Positions 49,622 through 62,837 are shown, counted from the whole stretch's first letter. The stretch: 63,968 bases of DNA, filler included, from Lenisia limosa (GCA_001655205.1; 14 parts of 14 records of this genome joined end to end with filler, not necessarily neighbours in it); one strand, 5' to 3'. Translations and numbers: made by a program. Notes: generated by a model from the letters alone, not told the origin.

Positions 49622-52600
49622 TTGCATAGCTCGGACCTTTTGTTTGAGGGCGGCTGAGAGAGATGCGGCCTGGGCCTGGTATACAGAAAGCTCCGACACA
49701 GTCGCCATGACTCGCTTCGATATAGACCTGGGGTGAAGGTTGGATATAGACCTGGGTGAAGGCTGGATATAGACCTGGGGTGACGGTTGGATATATATTT
49801 TGAAAAGGGATGGGAAAAAGGGTTAATGTGAACTTATGTAGGAGAACCGATAAGGAGGGGAGGGGCAAACCTTAATGACACCTGAAGTTCGGATGCAGTC
49901 TTCAATGATGACGTGTCAATATTAGATGCTCGACTCCTGACATCATCCAAAAGCGACGATATCTCACGGAGGGCCAAGTCTTTCTCAAGCAATCGCTCCT
50001 GATCGTGTGAAATGTGGGCCCAGATGTGTGTGAAGGTGGCAGTGACGCTTGGAGGAAGCATACCTGCTGATGTCGTAATTTGCCTTCCAAGTTGTCAATT
50101 TGACTCTCGTACTCCGCAGAAGATTGGTTAACACCTAGATACTCAGAAGGAGTAAAAGACAACAGAGACGTGATAGCAGACATAGTAGTAAATAATTTGA
50201 AGAGTGACCTTGTTCAGTACCCCCTGTAATACTGTTTCAACGCTCACCAGGAATGATGCGCCAACGTGCAAGGTTCTCGGGGCTTTCGAGATCCTGAGAG
50301 AGCTTTTCGCACCTACAAAATGACCACGTTCATTCCGAATATATCTGTATCGTTTGAAACAAACTGCTGAACGCGAGTGTGAGAGTAGTGTGATTAGGGC
50401 TTCACTTCGGTTCGAAAAAAGACTGAATTTCTCGATAAATCCTCGAAAACTTACGATATTTCACCGGTATTTTCCGAACCGAAGTGAAGCCCAAACAATG
50501 ATGTATATTATTACATACAACACACATGATATATATACCAGAGCAGACAATGAAGCATAATAATACTCAGCATACCTGCCCCTTTCCTCCAAGAGTTCTA
50601 ACTGGAGCTCCACAACCTGGTTTTCAAGGTTCGGGATTTGCGGTGCGCGGGACACGCCAAGTCTTCGCGAGCGCTCGAAATCATGAGAAATGCGCTGCAG
50701 ATTCTTGTATTCCTGGGTGGTGAGAAAAGAAAACTTTCAAATGATGTTGTACAATCTTCAACAATGAAGGTAGTAACTGCCAAAAAATATATCATAAATT
50801 GCTGTAACCCCCCCCCCCCNNNNNNNNNNNNNNNNNNNNNNNNNNNNNNNNNNNNNNNNNNNNNNNNNNNNNNNNNNNNNNCATCGAGCACTGTAACCTG
50901 GGGGAGTAAAACAAGGGAAATTATATGATGATGAATACTGGCACTCCAATCAAACAGAAAACAAAAAAATCTACAATTAGACAAACCAAAAGACACAAAG
51001 AAAAACAAAGATTGATTGACATTGCTATGCCTGACCTTTTCAAACAAGATGCACAGCTCGTCATTACGGTCAACAAGCTGGATCCCCACACTGTTGCGGT
51101 CGGCCATCAGATTCTCAAACCGCCCCTTTAGCTGAGCGGTAAGGAATAGTGGAAATAAAATTTAACTTTAGAAGAAAAGGAATCATGACATTGGAAACAG
51201 TTCAATTCTCAATGGCCACTAAGACGTGGCTACTTGTTGCCCCAGGACCCCAACCTGAATAAGATCCTTTTCACTGGTTGTGATGACAGAGCCCAGTTTG
51301 TCGACTTCACTGATCTGGCGATCTACAGTCTCCTGACGCGAGCGGAACAAGAAAATAAGCTACATCATGTTACTAATGTAAAGATGGTAAACAGTATGAA
51401 ACATGCCACATACCTTGTTTACTTCTCCTCGTAAACTATCACGGGCAGACAGTGACGTCTGATGCTCCATTCGCAGTTTCTGAACGTCAAAAAGTCCAAA
51501 ACATACGTTGGCCAAGACTGACAACTAATAACAAAACATACGTTGGCCAAGACTGGCAACTAATAACAGAACATACGTTGGCCAAGACTGGCAACTAATA
51601 ACAAAACATACGTTGGCCAAGACTGACAACTAATAACAAAGTCTGGCCTACAATCAAGCTTTTATCCTTGTCCGAACTTTCGCTCCGGAGAATGTCCACT
51701 TCGTTCCGCAGAATTTTCAGCTTCTCAGACAGCTCAGCAAACGACTGGTCAGTATGTTGGATGGAACTGAGATACTTGTTCTTCTCGGTCTTAACAACTT
51801 CATAGAGCTTTTCAGTTCGCCGAAGAAGGGACACTAATGTCGTAAAGAATTGTAAGGAGTGGTAAGGAATGGACTCACTAGAATATTTCTTCTTGCCCCC
51901 CCCCCCCCCCCCCCNNNNNNNNNNNNNNNNNNNNNNNNNNNNNNNNNNNNNNNNNNNNNNNNNNNNNNNNNNNNNNNNNNNNNNNNNNNNNNNNNNNNNN
52001 NNNNNNNNNNNNNNNNNNNNNNNNNNNNNNNNTAATCACGAACCGAATAATCTGAAACTTCAAACAAACAAACAAAAAAAAACAAGCAATAACAAACACG
52101 AGCAACCAACACTAAAACTAGACAAAAGCACAGGGGGGATATAAGGTTTATTCTGCGGTAAGGCAAGTTGTTATTCTTCTGTGGAATACGTATGCTAAAC
52201 GCAAAATTGGGTTGGGGAAACGGATGTACACACCTTTTCAGTTGAGGAGTGCCCTAGCTTCATAACCATGGACTTAGACTCAGCAATCTAAAACATCAGA
52301 AATACGGCTTGAAATTTGGTACACTGCCATAAGAGGCGATTGGATTAATCTGTTTCTGTACTCAGCTACTCACCTGGCTCTGCAACAAGGAGTCAAGGGA
52401 CGACAGGTGCTCCTTCATCTGTGTGACCTGGGCAGCAAACGCGGCTGAACAGTTTTCCTCCTAGGCGTGTTACTCCAACTACCCATTTCCTTATACCACT
52501 ATAAGCTCTTGGCTTTTTCGTTCCTGTGTCATATTTGACACCAATAAAGGCTTCACTTGGACTCAGAAAAACGCTACACTACCAATATTGGTCATTGTAT

Positions 52601-54447
52601 AATAGTAGTTTGCTTGCCCTAATCTCAATAATTGCACAAAACCAATCGCAACTGATCAAGCCTACCTTGAGGAAAGAAGCCATAAAGGCCGAGACGTCTT
52701 TTCGGACCTGAAAACTGTCAAACAAATCAAGCTCAAGGTCAAGAATTATGTTCCCCTCTACCTGCTCGATTTGCTGCTCAGTTCGCTTCTTCTGGACCTT
52801 CTCGTGCTCCACCTCGCGGGCCAACCGATCCACTGCCTGCTTTGTCATTTGTTGCCAGTATGTAGAAGTGAGGAACAACTTAATCTCGCTGAAACCACAA
52901 TATCGTTATCCAGGCTGGGCATTACGCGATACCAAAACACAAACAAGGTCAAATCTGTCACTATCCTCTGACATGTTTAACTCCAGGAAGAGAAATCTGA
53001 AGATCCTGGCTAGCTGATTCGGTTTTCCGCAAAATACGCAACTCCCTGTCCTTTTCGCGGGTAGCCTGAAAACGATGATGTTGTTTTGATATGTTAAAAA
53101 AAATACTTCAAAGCAACCCATTCGCACCTTTGAGAGGATGTCACTCACACGATGCTGCTCAATGTTGGTCATCTTAAGGTCCATTTCAAGCTTAACCCGG
53201 TTTGCAATGTGATTCGTAGCAACTTCCTAAAGGATGTCAAGGGGGAAACAATATTCCTAAAGGATGTCAAGGGGGAAACAATATTCTGTCAGAAATCCTA
53301 GAAACTGACACTTTGAAATCTACCATGCTTATCATAAAATTTAGGATTAACAGAGAAAAAACGGACATTCCCTCTCACTTTGTACAGCTCATTGTCCTTG
53401 ATGAGGTGTTCCACAGCCCTCTCGCGGGCCTCAATGTTGCTTCGATGTCTGGAGCGGCGTGAACATTGCATCATTTACAAGGTGGTCGTTCAATGCATTT
53501 AGAGAGATAAGATACTACTTTGAAGCTTTTATTGCAACATTGGTTCTGCTATTGCAAAGCAAAAAGCGTAGAAAGCTTGTATGTGCAATATCAATGCCAC
53601 AGTGAATTGTGTCCGCTATTGCACCCACCTGTCAATGACGAGAGCAGCCTCCATTTTACTGGCTTCCAACTCCTTGATTCCAAGCATTTGCTTGTGTTGC
53701 TGATCTTCAACGCCATCCAAGATAACGCTGTAGCGCTGACACTCAGCAGAGAGACTGTCGATCGCCTGTTGCAAGATGGCAGATTGTTTACTGAGTTAGA
53801 GGGAAACACAACACAAAACACACCACAAAAACAAAGGAAAAAGAACAAACCCGGTCTTAACAGGAGCATCTGATTTGGATTTGAGAATTCGTTTCAGTTC
53901 GCTGGCCTCCTTCGTGAGATTGCCATTTTTCACCTGTTCTTCCTTAATTTTGCTGTCTTTTTCTGAAACATCGGAATGTAACCGTGAGAGGATAAGAGAA
54001 TTGGACAGAATTTCACTCTGAGAGTTAGGAGGGAAAACACAAAGGCGCAAAAAACAAAAGAAAAAGAAAAAAACATTTAGGTTCTCGATTTCTGTAGCAA
54101 CAGCAGTGGAATCAGAGGATGGGATCCTCTTTGACTCATCATGAAGGGCATCTCTTTGTCTTTGAAGTTCCTCAAGTTCCAAATTTAACAAGTCATTTAC
54201 CTCATCAAGTGCAGTCTGATCAGAGAGAGCCTAAATTAGAGAATATATGATTCACCGAATTAAGCTCCTGCTTGCATTGCTGGAGTAAGACAGCTGTCTG
54301 TGCCTGCTCATCATCAATTGCCTCAAAATTATTCTTTTGGTGGATCAATCTCTCCTGTAGCTGTCTTGCAGTCCCTAGTTTTTCCTTTTCTGAGACAGCT
54401 AGAAGGTCGATCGTTGCTTTAAGCTTTTCAATTGGTAGTTTATCCAT
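49622..54447 (-). CDS. CCDC146: Coiled-coil cilia/flagella protein CCDC146 (MBO2-like), 3' truncated
   Basis: LKNLMADRNSVGIQLVDRNDELCILFEK; ERLLEKDLALREIS; KRVMATVSELSVYQA; ATG at 54447. Confidence 0.85.
50397..50492. mobile_element. Family M1 MITE (close to consensus)
   Basis: GGGCTTCACTTCGGTTCGAAAAAAGACTGAATTTCTCGATAAATCCTCG...CCGAACCGAAGTGAAGCCC. Confidence 0.9.
51505..51640. repeat. ~35-bp x4 intronic tandem repeat
   Basis: Unit AAAACATACGTTGGCCAAGACTG(A/G)CAACTAATAAC. Confidence 0.9.
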
Positions 54448-54678
54448 GTTTACATTCTATCAGCACTTTTATTATTCTACAAGACTTTTTTCTACATTCT
54501 TTTTGATTTTTATGGCAATCAAAAGTAATCATATTTTAATGTTGTCATTTTATGAACACTTTAAAGACTTTTTGACATACATAGCTTCTCTATTTATTGA
54601 ATTAGTGAAATATTATATTCAGAAATAATGTGATTTGAAGCTAAAGACCAGTCAGTTTACTATCAATCCTCAATACAA
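54448..54678. promoter_or_regulatory. Short divergent intergenic region, putative bidirectional promoter
   Basis: About 230 AT-rich bp between the CCDC146 ATG (-) and the ATG of MGDAKFRMPP (+). Confidence 0.45.
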
Positions 54679-57600
54679 TGGGTGATGCAAAGTTTCGAAT
54701 GCCTCCGGTAGGGATTCAAACAGAATAAAACATGAAATACTGGGTAAAATGACGATTAATCATTTTCCAGAAAGTGGAGGTTGCCGTCCACAAGCATAGA
54801 ACCTTCAGAATTCATAGCAGTAAGCTGGTAATAGTGTAATTCAAACAAATATTAGGGCAGAATCCACAAGACTTCTTACTTTCGGAGTTTATCACCATTT
54901 GCAGTTACCATCAATCGGCACACAACCGGCTATGAGGCAGTCCGAAGTGTTTTGCAGTTTGAAAACGTATCTGAGATGAGCTACCACCTCTTTCAACTCT
55001 GGGTTGTGTTCCCTTCTCTTGGTAGGTTGCCTTGATGAACATCCACGCCCTCTGTACACAGGCTGCCCAAGACAGTGTTTTGCTTCAAGGAATGATTTTT
55101 TTGCCGTGTTGTTGTGTTTTTGGGTTTTCTGTATCAAAAACACGGGCCCACATTGGTGCCATGTTGGGCCCATTTCCATCTTGCTTCCTTGATACTACGA
55201 CTTTGAAAGAGGTTTATAATGGAGAGTTGTGTCAGAGAGTGTTCTAGAAAAGTTCATGTTTGCACTTGTGTAATGAGATTCCTACGATGTCAGGATTGTT
55301 TCACTCAGCCACTTGCATGTTTCACATTTCCTGGACCAGTTTGACCCCAACAGAAGTCGGCATTGGAATGGGGCCCAAGGACTACATTGGCGAGGCTGTT
55401 TCACGCGCACTCAAACAGGTCATCACTCGCAAGGTGGGGGACGGGATGGAGTATCAACGTGCCAGTTTATTGAAGGGATGGTGGCATGGTGTGTCAACGT
55501 GTGGGATGGTGTGTCAACGTGCCAGTTTATTGAAAGGATGGTGTGTCAACGTGCCAGTTTATTGTTCTGATTGCTAAAATGCTTTTCTTACGTTTTCAGC
55601 TCTACCTTCCCTTAGTTCCCCTTTCCAAAGTAAGGAGTTTTGCTGAAACCTTTGCAGAATCTATTATAAGGTCTTGTTGTACCATGTATCTAATGCAAGG
55701 CCTTGCTATAGCGTGATGGTGTGGACAGCTTCGTCCAGATACATCTTTATTTCTCATTGCTATATATATACCATGTATCTAATACAAGCAATAGCGGTTG
55801 ATAGGAAGTCCTTTTGTGAGATGTATCACAATCAGTCCACGCACTTATGCCTATCCAGGCGCCGGAATACCCCCCCAACACTCTTCCCAACAGCCAAGGC
55901 GCGCGGTTGATGATACGACGAGTTGGCGATGCTGTGCTGCATGTAGGCCAAGGGAAACTTGAGGGTGTTGACAGCTGACATTTATTAACCGCGTAGAACG
56001 AGAGAAACTGCCGAGATACAGGGGCTGTTGAGCTTCTATTTAACCAGGTGAGTGACCTTTGACAAGGGCTAAAAGACCAGCAGTATATAGATAGTTTTCG
56101 AGGATGTATCGAGAAGTTGTACCTTTGACCATGCAATACCCGTGATAATGGCCACACACTACCCATGATAATGGCCACACAGGCTGTGTACGAAGTGCAG
56201 TGCGGACGTCTTCCGGTCGGCAACAGCACGCATATCATTGCATCTCTGCTCTCTGTCTATGCCACTGTACGTTGGGGTGCTGATCTTGGCTGAAAGTTAC
56301 TTAATTACCCTCCACCGCTACACATTATGTGAAATTGGACATTTAAGCAATATCGAAATCATCCGTCAATAAGAATACTCCTTGGGATTGAACCACCCTG
56401 AGGAGGCAGGATATGTTCAGTTTCACAATTCAGCTGACAGGCAACACTACCATTCACAATTCAGCTGACTGGCAACACGACGAAGAAGGGCATCAAAGAA
56501 ACTGCCGACATTCTCTTCCCCTTCAGCATCACTGACAAAGCTTCACGGGCAGAGTGGGAGGGCCTTGAAGCTTCACGGGCTGGGGGGAGGGCCTTGAAGC
56601 TTTACGGGCTGGGGGGAGGGAAGGGTGTTGTTGAAGGAGTGGCAATTGGTGAAAANNNNNNNNNNNNNNNNNNNNNNNNNNNNNNNNNNNTTCATTCATC
56701 ACACGCATAGGGCCCTGATGCGAGTGGCAAACCTCTCAAATGGCGTCCCTGTTCCTATCCTCCACCGTCTCTTCCTCTCGGGTATGTTATTATTTGGAAA
56801 GAGCTTTTTTTTTTTGATTTTGATCAATCTTATCTACAATGTAAAAATCCGTCATTTTGTGATGGATTTTCCGAGAGTATCCATATTAGGCAAGTTGTAT
56901 TGTCCGAAAGTATCCATATTAGGCAAGTAGCTCACCCTCCAGCCCTGCGAGAACTGCCGCTATACAGTGCGTCCTTCTTCCCGGCACTTGTCGATCCTGA
57001 CACGTCCGCCAACGCCAAACAGCCCTCAATCAAGGAGCTCAACCAGAAGGTACGGAATAACAGGCAACACTGAATAATGGTCTTCTACAGGTTCACACCA
57101 ATATGGACTCTATTTCTGACCCAGATTCAGCCGAAAAAGGCTGCCAAAGACACGGTGGGCATGAGCACCACCCAGGATTTCGGGCCGAATGACGGCGGTG
57201 TGGAGCAGCGGTGAGCCGGGTCGGGATCAAAATGCTGACGAGAGAATATTCTCTTAAAATGTCGATGTTTCCCTTTTTGACAAGAAGTGATCTTTCAGAT
57301 CGCGCGTGAAGACCACGCGAACAGCCGTGCCGGGATGCATTGCAGCTACGGAACAGTGGATCATGATTGTTGTCCTCAAGGAAAGAGTGGGTGGTCTTGG
57401 GGACTGTGACCCAAAGTTTGGTCAGAGATCTTTTTGGAGTTCATGTATTCACTATCTTGTTCACCCCCCCCCCCCCCNNNNNNNNNNNNNNNNNNNNNNN
57501 NNNNNNNNNNNNNNNNNNNNNNNNNNNNNNNNNNNNNNNNNNNNNNNNNNNNNNNNNNNNNNNNNNNNNNNNNNNNNNNNNNNNNNNNNNNNNNNNNNNN

Positions 57601-60130
57601 NNNNNNNNNNNNNNNNNNNNNNNNNNNNNNNNNNNNNNNNNNNNNNNNNNNNNNNNNNNNNNNNNNNNNNNNNNNNNNNNNNNNNNNNNNNNNNNNNNNN
57701 NNNNNNNNNNNNNNNNNNNNNNNNNNNNNNNNNNNNNGAAGTTGAGCATGCTGGAGGTCCAGGCCTCAATCTCCAGTGAAGCCAAGCAGGAGTGGGGTGT
57801 TTTGCATGTTTTGGATGTTTTAGATGGCAACTAACGCAGCAGTCCCGTGGGAGAAGCGTACGATTCGTTTGTCTGTGCTGTGCGTCAAGTGTCTGTTGCG
57901 TCCTTCCTGAAAGCCTTCCTTGGAGGTGCGTTGCGACCCCCATGATCGAAATTCTTCATTTTGAAAGGGTTTGAATACTACTCGATAAATCCTCAATAAA
58001 AAGTACCAATTGAAGTCTCGAAAATGCTATAAAAGCTTCATCGTTAACCCCCCAGTCAGCCAACAGGGTTGATTTGGGCTTTTTTGTTTCATAAATTTTC
58101 CAATTTCACTCCCCAGACATGGCCACCATTATGCCGGATATCCCGTTGGCGCACTGTGGCAGCAACGCCTCCCTCAACAGGTGCCTTGGGTTTATTTTCA
58201 GTTCCATAGAATAACGCAGTTCTCAATACTTCCTCTTTATAATTGTGTATTGTCCTTGTCTGTCTTACCAAAGTGAAAGCCTTCAAAACCCTTGTGACTT
58301 TGTAGCTCTTCATCGCGCATCTCAGGCCTCCCGCAAGGCCCCTCAATTGGTGGGTTGCTACCTTGTTGGATACTCCAGCAACGATCTAGTCCCCCAGTTG
58401 TTTCATTTCTTTTCCCTCCGCCAACAGTCATATATCATATCCTAACCCCTAACCCCTAACCCCAGTTGAAACGTCGCCCTCACGCTCATCAATGTTGCGT
58501 AGACGCCTGTCCACTGCCTCCGTGTCAAGCGGCAAACATTCCTTCGCCGCCGCAAGCCAAACTCCAAGTCGCTCTGGTGCGGGAGCACACCTAATATACC
58601 TGGGTATCAAATCGATTCTCAACAACTTCACCCCCTGCCTGGGCTTTTTTTTTTTTTTTTTTTNNNNNNNNNNNNNNNNNNNNNNNNNNNNNNNNNNNNN
58701 NNNNNNNNNNNNNNNNNNNNNNNNNNNNNNNNNNNNNNNNNNNNNNNNNNNNNNNNNNNNNNNNNNNNNNNNNNNNNNNNNNNNNNNNNNNNNNNNNNNN
58801 NNNNNNNNNNNNNNNNNNNNNNNNNNNNNNNNNNNNNNNNNNNNNTACGTTGTCAAAGGCGGTGCTCTACCCGATAACGTGGGGGGGGCGACGTAATGCT
58901 GTGAACCCATATCCAGTGCTCAGTTTTTCATTGTGTAGGCTCTAGAAGCGGCGGAATCCTACGTAGCAGGCCGGCTGGTGGCCCTCCTTGGACCTGGTGG
59001 GGGTGTAGAGGTTATGTGTAATATCGATATTCTTGGGAGGTTATGTGTAATATCGATATTCTTGGGAGGTTATGTGTAACATGTGCAGGAAGCGAGGAGG
59101 TGATCAAAAAGGTGCAGGAAGTCGGCGACCTCCTTCACGCTATTCTCAAAGCAGTCGCTAGTATCAGGTACGTACCTACCAATGGTTAAGGCTTTACTCC
59201 GGACTTTGATTCGTTTTGCTGACAGTTCAGCTTCAAGGAGCTATGTGAGTCGATGAAGGAAATCCTCTCTTCGGTCTCAAGCTCAGTGTTCCACGAAATG
59301 GTGAGCGGAAGGCATGGCATGACGTAACATTGTCAGTGTTGATGTATTCTGATTCAATGGTGCTCCTCTTCCTTCACATCGTTTTTCAATGAAATGACTA
59401 TTTTACTGTAATCCAATATCTCTTATAAGCGTGATGGTGTGAACGGCTTCGGCTAGATACAATCTTATATTATTTCTCATTGCTATAATGTATATATGCA
59501 TGATAAAACTCTAATCCAACATTTCGTTTCACTTTTTCCTTCTTGCTGCATATTTCATATTTACCGCGATGCAGCCGTCCCCCTTCCTGGATTCACCCGA
59601 ACATGCCTCCACAGCTCTCCTCAGGATATTCCAGGAGAAAAAGGTAGGGAGGCTCTTGGTATTGCTGAAATCCTTTTTCCTTAGCAACCATTTGGCCACT
59701 ATTCATCGAAATTGCCTTCGTTGTATCCCCCCCCCCCCCNNNNNNNNNNNNNNNNNNNNNNNNNNNNNNNNNNNNNNNNNNNNNNNNNNNNNNNNNNNNN
59801 NNNNNNNNNNNNNNNNNNNNNNNNNNNNNNNNNNNNNNNNNNNNNNNNNNNNNNNNNNNNNNNNNNNNNNNNNNNNNNNNNNNNNNNNNNNNNNNNNNNN
59901 NNNNNNNNNNNNNACCTCAACTTTTAGAGCGAGCTCATGTCTCCCGAAAAGCCGACATAGGATTGTGACTGGAATTTGCGGTATGTTAATCTAAACTGAA
60001 CTGGACTGAACTGAACTGGACTGATATTTTAGACTTTGTGGACTTGATATCGCACGTTGGCCTGCTCCCGACGGAATACGCTAAGCCCTCCGCCCTGCGG
60101 TTTGTCCTCGATCGCCTCAGAGCTGAGGTG
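54679..60130 (+). CDS. Large multi-exon hypothetical protein
   Basis: More than 15 GT-AG exons, e.g. MGDAKFRMPP|KVEVAVHKHRTFRIHS, WTSLTPTEVGIGMGPKDYIGEAVSRALKQVITRK and LDFVDLISHVGLLPTEYAKPSALRFVLDRLRAE; family not recognised. Confidence 0.6.
58055..58116 (+). repeat. Family A copy ending at the acceptor AG
   Basis: GTCAGCCAACAGGGTTGATTTGGGCTTTTTTGTTTCATAAATTTTCCAATTTCACTCCCCAG. Confidence 0.9.
59408..59483 (+). repeat. Family H copy, sense to host gene
   Basis: GTAATCCAATATCTCTTATAAGCGTGATGGTGTGAACGGCTTCGGCTAGATAC...TTTCTCATTGC. Confidence 0.9.
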
Positions 60131-60380
60131 GGCCATGTCCTATCTATGATGACCGTAAACCCCCAGAGGCTCGGGGCTTCTTTCTTCTTCCCCTTCCTTT
60201 CTTGCCCCCTCTCACTAGTTCATAACTGCTGGATATTTTTTGTAATCTAAATGCTGTGTTGCCAGTATGATGGTGTGGACNNNNNNNNNNNNNNNNNNNN
60301 NNNNNNNNNNNNNNNNNNNNNNNNTTAATTAATTAANNNNNNNNNNNNNNNNNNNNNNNNNNNNNNNNNNNNNNNNNNNN

Positions 60381-62225
60381 CAGTCGCAAACACGCCTCTC
60401 AATGCCCCCGTGGTTGCCCCTGTGCCTCCCCATGTGTGTTTGGTGGAGCGCTCCTGCTGCTTTTTGATAGGGGCTATAATTACCCTTCGGTCCAAAAAAA
60501 GACCGTTAAAATATCGATATTTATCAAGGATTTATCGAAAAAATAAGTCTTTTTGGGACTGTAGGAAGCCCTAGTGATAATAAACTATGTTAAGTCTTGA
60601 CCGATTTTCAGCGTGAAATCCCCAGGAAAATTGGTCAACACTTACATGGAACATCAGATGGAATATTAATGATAATGTGCAGATGACAGTATATTTATTT
60701 AATATTATGATTGGGTGAATTAATATTATAATATACTACTCCAATATCTCTGATAACTGTGATGGTGTGGACGGCTTCGAGCACAGATACAACCTTGTTT
60801 TATTTCTCATCTCCATATAGAGCTATTATTTGAATATTTTAATATTGATGCTGATCTTTGTATCGCATCACAATACCCCCAGAATACCACTAAGCCCATT
60901 TTCCCAATCACAATTCCTGAAGCAGCTATCCCACAAGTCCCCTCCGTAAATGGGTGCAAGATTGGTTCATTAATGCTAGATGGCTTCACTTTGGTCCAAA
61001 AAAGGCCGGTAAAATATCGATAGATTTCGAGGATTTATCGAGACATTCGGTCCATTTTCGAACTGAAGTGAAGTCCTAATTAAGGCAAAGGATTTGGGTG
61101 AATTAGTATTCTATAATCCAACATCTCTGATAAGCGTGATTGCGTGAATGACTTCGGCCAGATACACCTTGTTTTATTACTCGTCTACAAATGATGGAGG
61201 TACAAAATACCCTTAATGGAATGCGCTCAAGAAGTTGTCTTCTTTTTCGGTTGATTTCCTCCTCCCCTACCCCTTTTTTTTTCATACATACAATCTTTTC
61301 TCAACCCCCCTTACCAGTTTGTTTTATTGTTCTTAACCCTCATTTTACCAGCCACCAGAGTTTGGGCTTTTTTTCGTTACATATTTTTTTCCAACCCCCC
61401 CACCACCCATTCTCCCTTTTCTCAAGTTTCCTTCCTTTTACTCCCAACAGAGTTGATTTGAGCTTTTTGTTTCATAAATCCCCCCTTCTCTCTCTTTCTC
61501 AACTACTCCGCAACTTTATTGACCATTAACTTTGTTGTTATCAACCCTTGTGTGTTGTCAGCCAACCGAGATTTGAGCTTTTTGTTTCATAATTTTCCAA
61601 TTTTACCCCCCCCCCCCANNNNNNNNNNNNNNNNNNNNNNNNNNNNNNNNNNNNNNNNNNNNNNNNNNNNNNNNNNNNNNNNNNNNNNNNNNNNNNNNNN
61701 NNNNNNNNNNNNNNNNNNNNNNNNNNNNNNNNNNNNNNNNNNNNNNNNNNNNNNNNNNNNNNNNNNNNNNNNNNNNNNNNNNNNNNNNNNNNNNNNNNNN
61801 NNNNNNNNNNNNNNNNNNNNNNNNNNNNNNNNNNNTTTACCGTTTTAGGCCCCCTCTGTTCCTGAAGTGAATTCCTCGGAAGCGAGTGGGAGGGGTTGAG
61901 TCTAGTGCTAGGGCTTCACTTCGGTTTAATAAGAGACTGAATTTCTCGATAACTCCTCATTATCGATTTTTACCGGACTTTTTCGAACCAAATTGAAGCC
62001 CATCTTGGTGCCTTTTTTGATCATTATATCATTATCCATCATTTATGCTGCCATTTACGGAGACTGTCCCCTTTATTTCCACATAAGTTACGCCATATAA
62101 TTGATTTGCTTTATTTGTTCCATACTTGATGTTATTTCTGATTGCATTGGGTTTATTGCTCAGCAGCTGCACCATCTCTAAGTAGAGAGTTGTTGTCCCC
62201 TTTCACCGCGCCAGCTATCCAGGTA
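60381..62225 (+). CDS. Pro-rich protein exon fragments in a repeat-dense scaffold
   Basis: VANTPLNAPVVAPVPP, NTTKPIFPITIPEAAIPQVPS and APSVPEVNSSEA, with GT-AG borders where visible. Confidence 0.4.
60981..61076. mobile_element. Family M1 MITE
   Basis: GGCTTCACTTTGGTCCAAAA ... TTTTCGAACTGAAGTGAAGTCC|TA. Confidence 0.8.
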
Positions 62226-62741
62226 TGTGAGAGTCACCTCTGAATGGGCACACTTTTTTGCAATAAAGTCACTTTTAAAACTAGGTCTATTTCGGTTTCA
62301 ACATTATTTTTCGTGTCATTGTCTAAATAGCCACAGAGAGTATTGTCTTCCATTTTCACCTCACCCCCTCCTTTCCCTTGCCAACAGAGTTGCATATGCG
62401 ATTCTTTTTTTTTTTTNNNNNNNNNNNNNNNNNNNNNNNNNNNNNNNNNNNNNNNNNNNNTTAATTAATTAANNNNNNNNNNNNNNNNNNNNNNNNNNNN
62501 NNNNNNNNNNNNNNNNATTTGCTATGTGAATTCCCAAGGAAAATAGGTCAAGAAGTATGTAACTTTATATCTATGTTTATATCTGAGAGATATTAATGAG
62601 AGCAATATTAATTCACCAAATCATTTGCAAAACTGGTTTCACTCATCTTGTCATTTCATCCCTATGTATTATTAATTATTTGTATCATAAATATTATCTA
62701 GTTCTATAAACCCACTTATTCTTCTTCTTGCCCTTTCCCTT

Positions 62742-62837
62742 GGGCCTCACTTCGATTTGAAATAGACCGGGAAAATATCGATAGTTTTCGAGAATTTATC
62801 GAGAAATTCAGTCTTATTTCAAACCGAAGTGAAGCCC
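62742..62837. mobile_element. Family M1 MITE adjoining a donor G-run
   Basis: GGGCCTCACTTCGATTTGAAA ... TTTCAAACCGAAGTGAAGCCC. Confidence 0.85.

Noticed and set aside
53960-54080. Non-canonical acceptor in CCDC146 (…CTCA|CGG)
   Set aside because: A canonical in-frame CAG exists upstream (CTAACTCTCAG|AGTGAA)
59420-59465. Family H hairpin as a conserved snoRNA or structured ncRNA
   Set aside because: Copies show uncompensated substitutions (TTCA, GACC, ACAG, ATCT) and no clear box C/D or H/ACA pair, which looks like neutral decay
55300-60130. DNA polymerase epsilon or VPS9/RA-domain assignment
   Set aside because: Only vague local resemblance and no diagnostic motif
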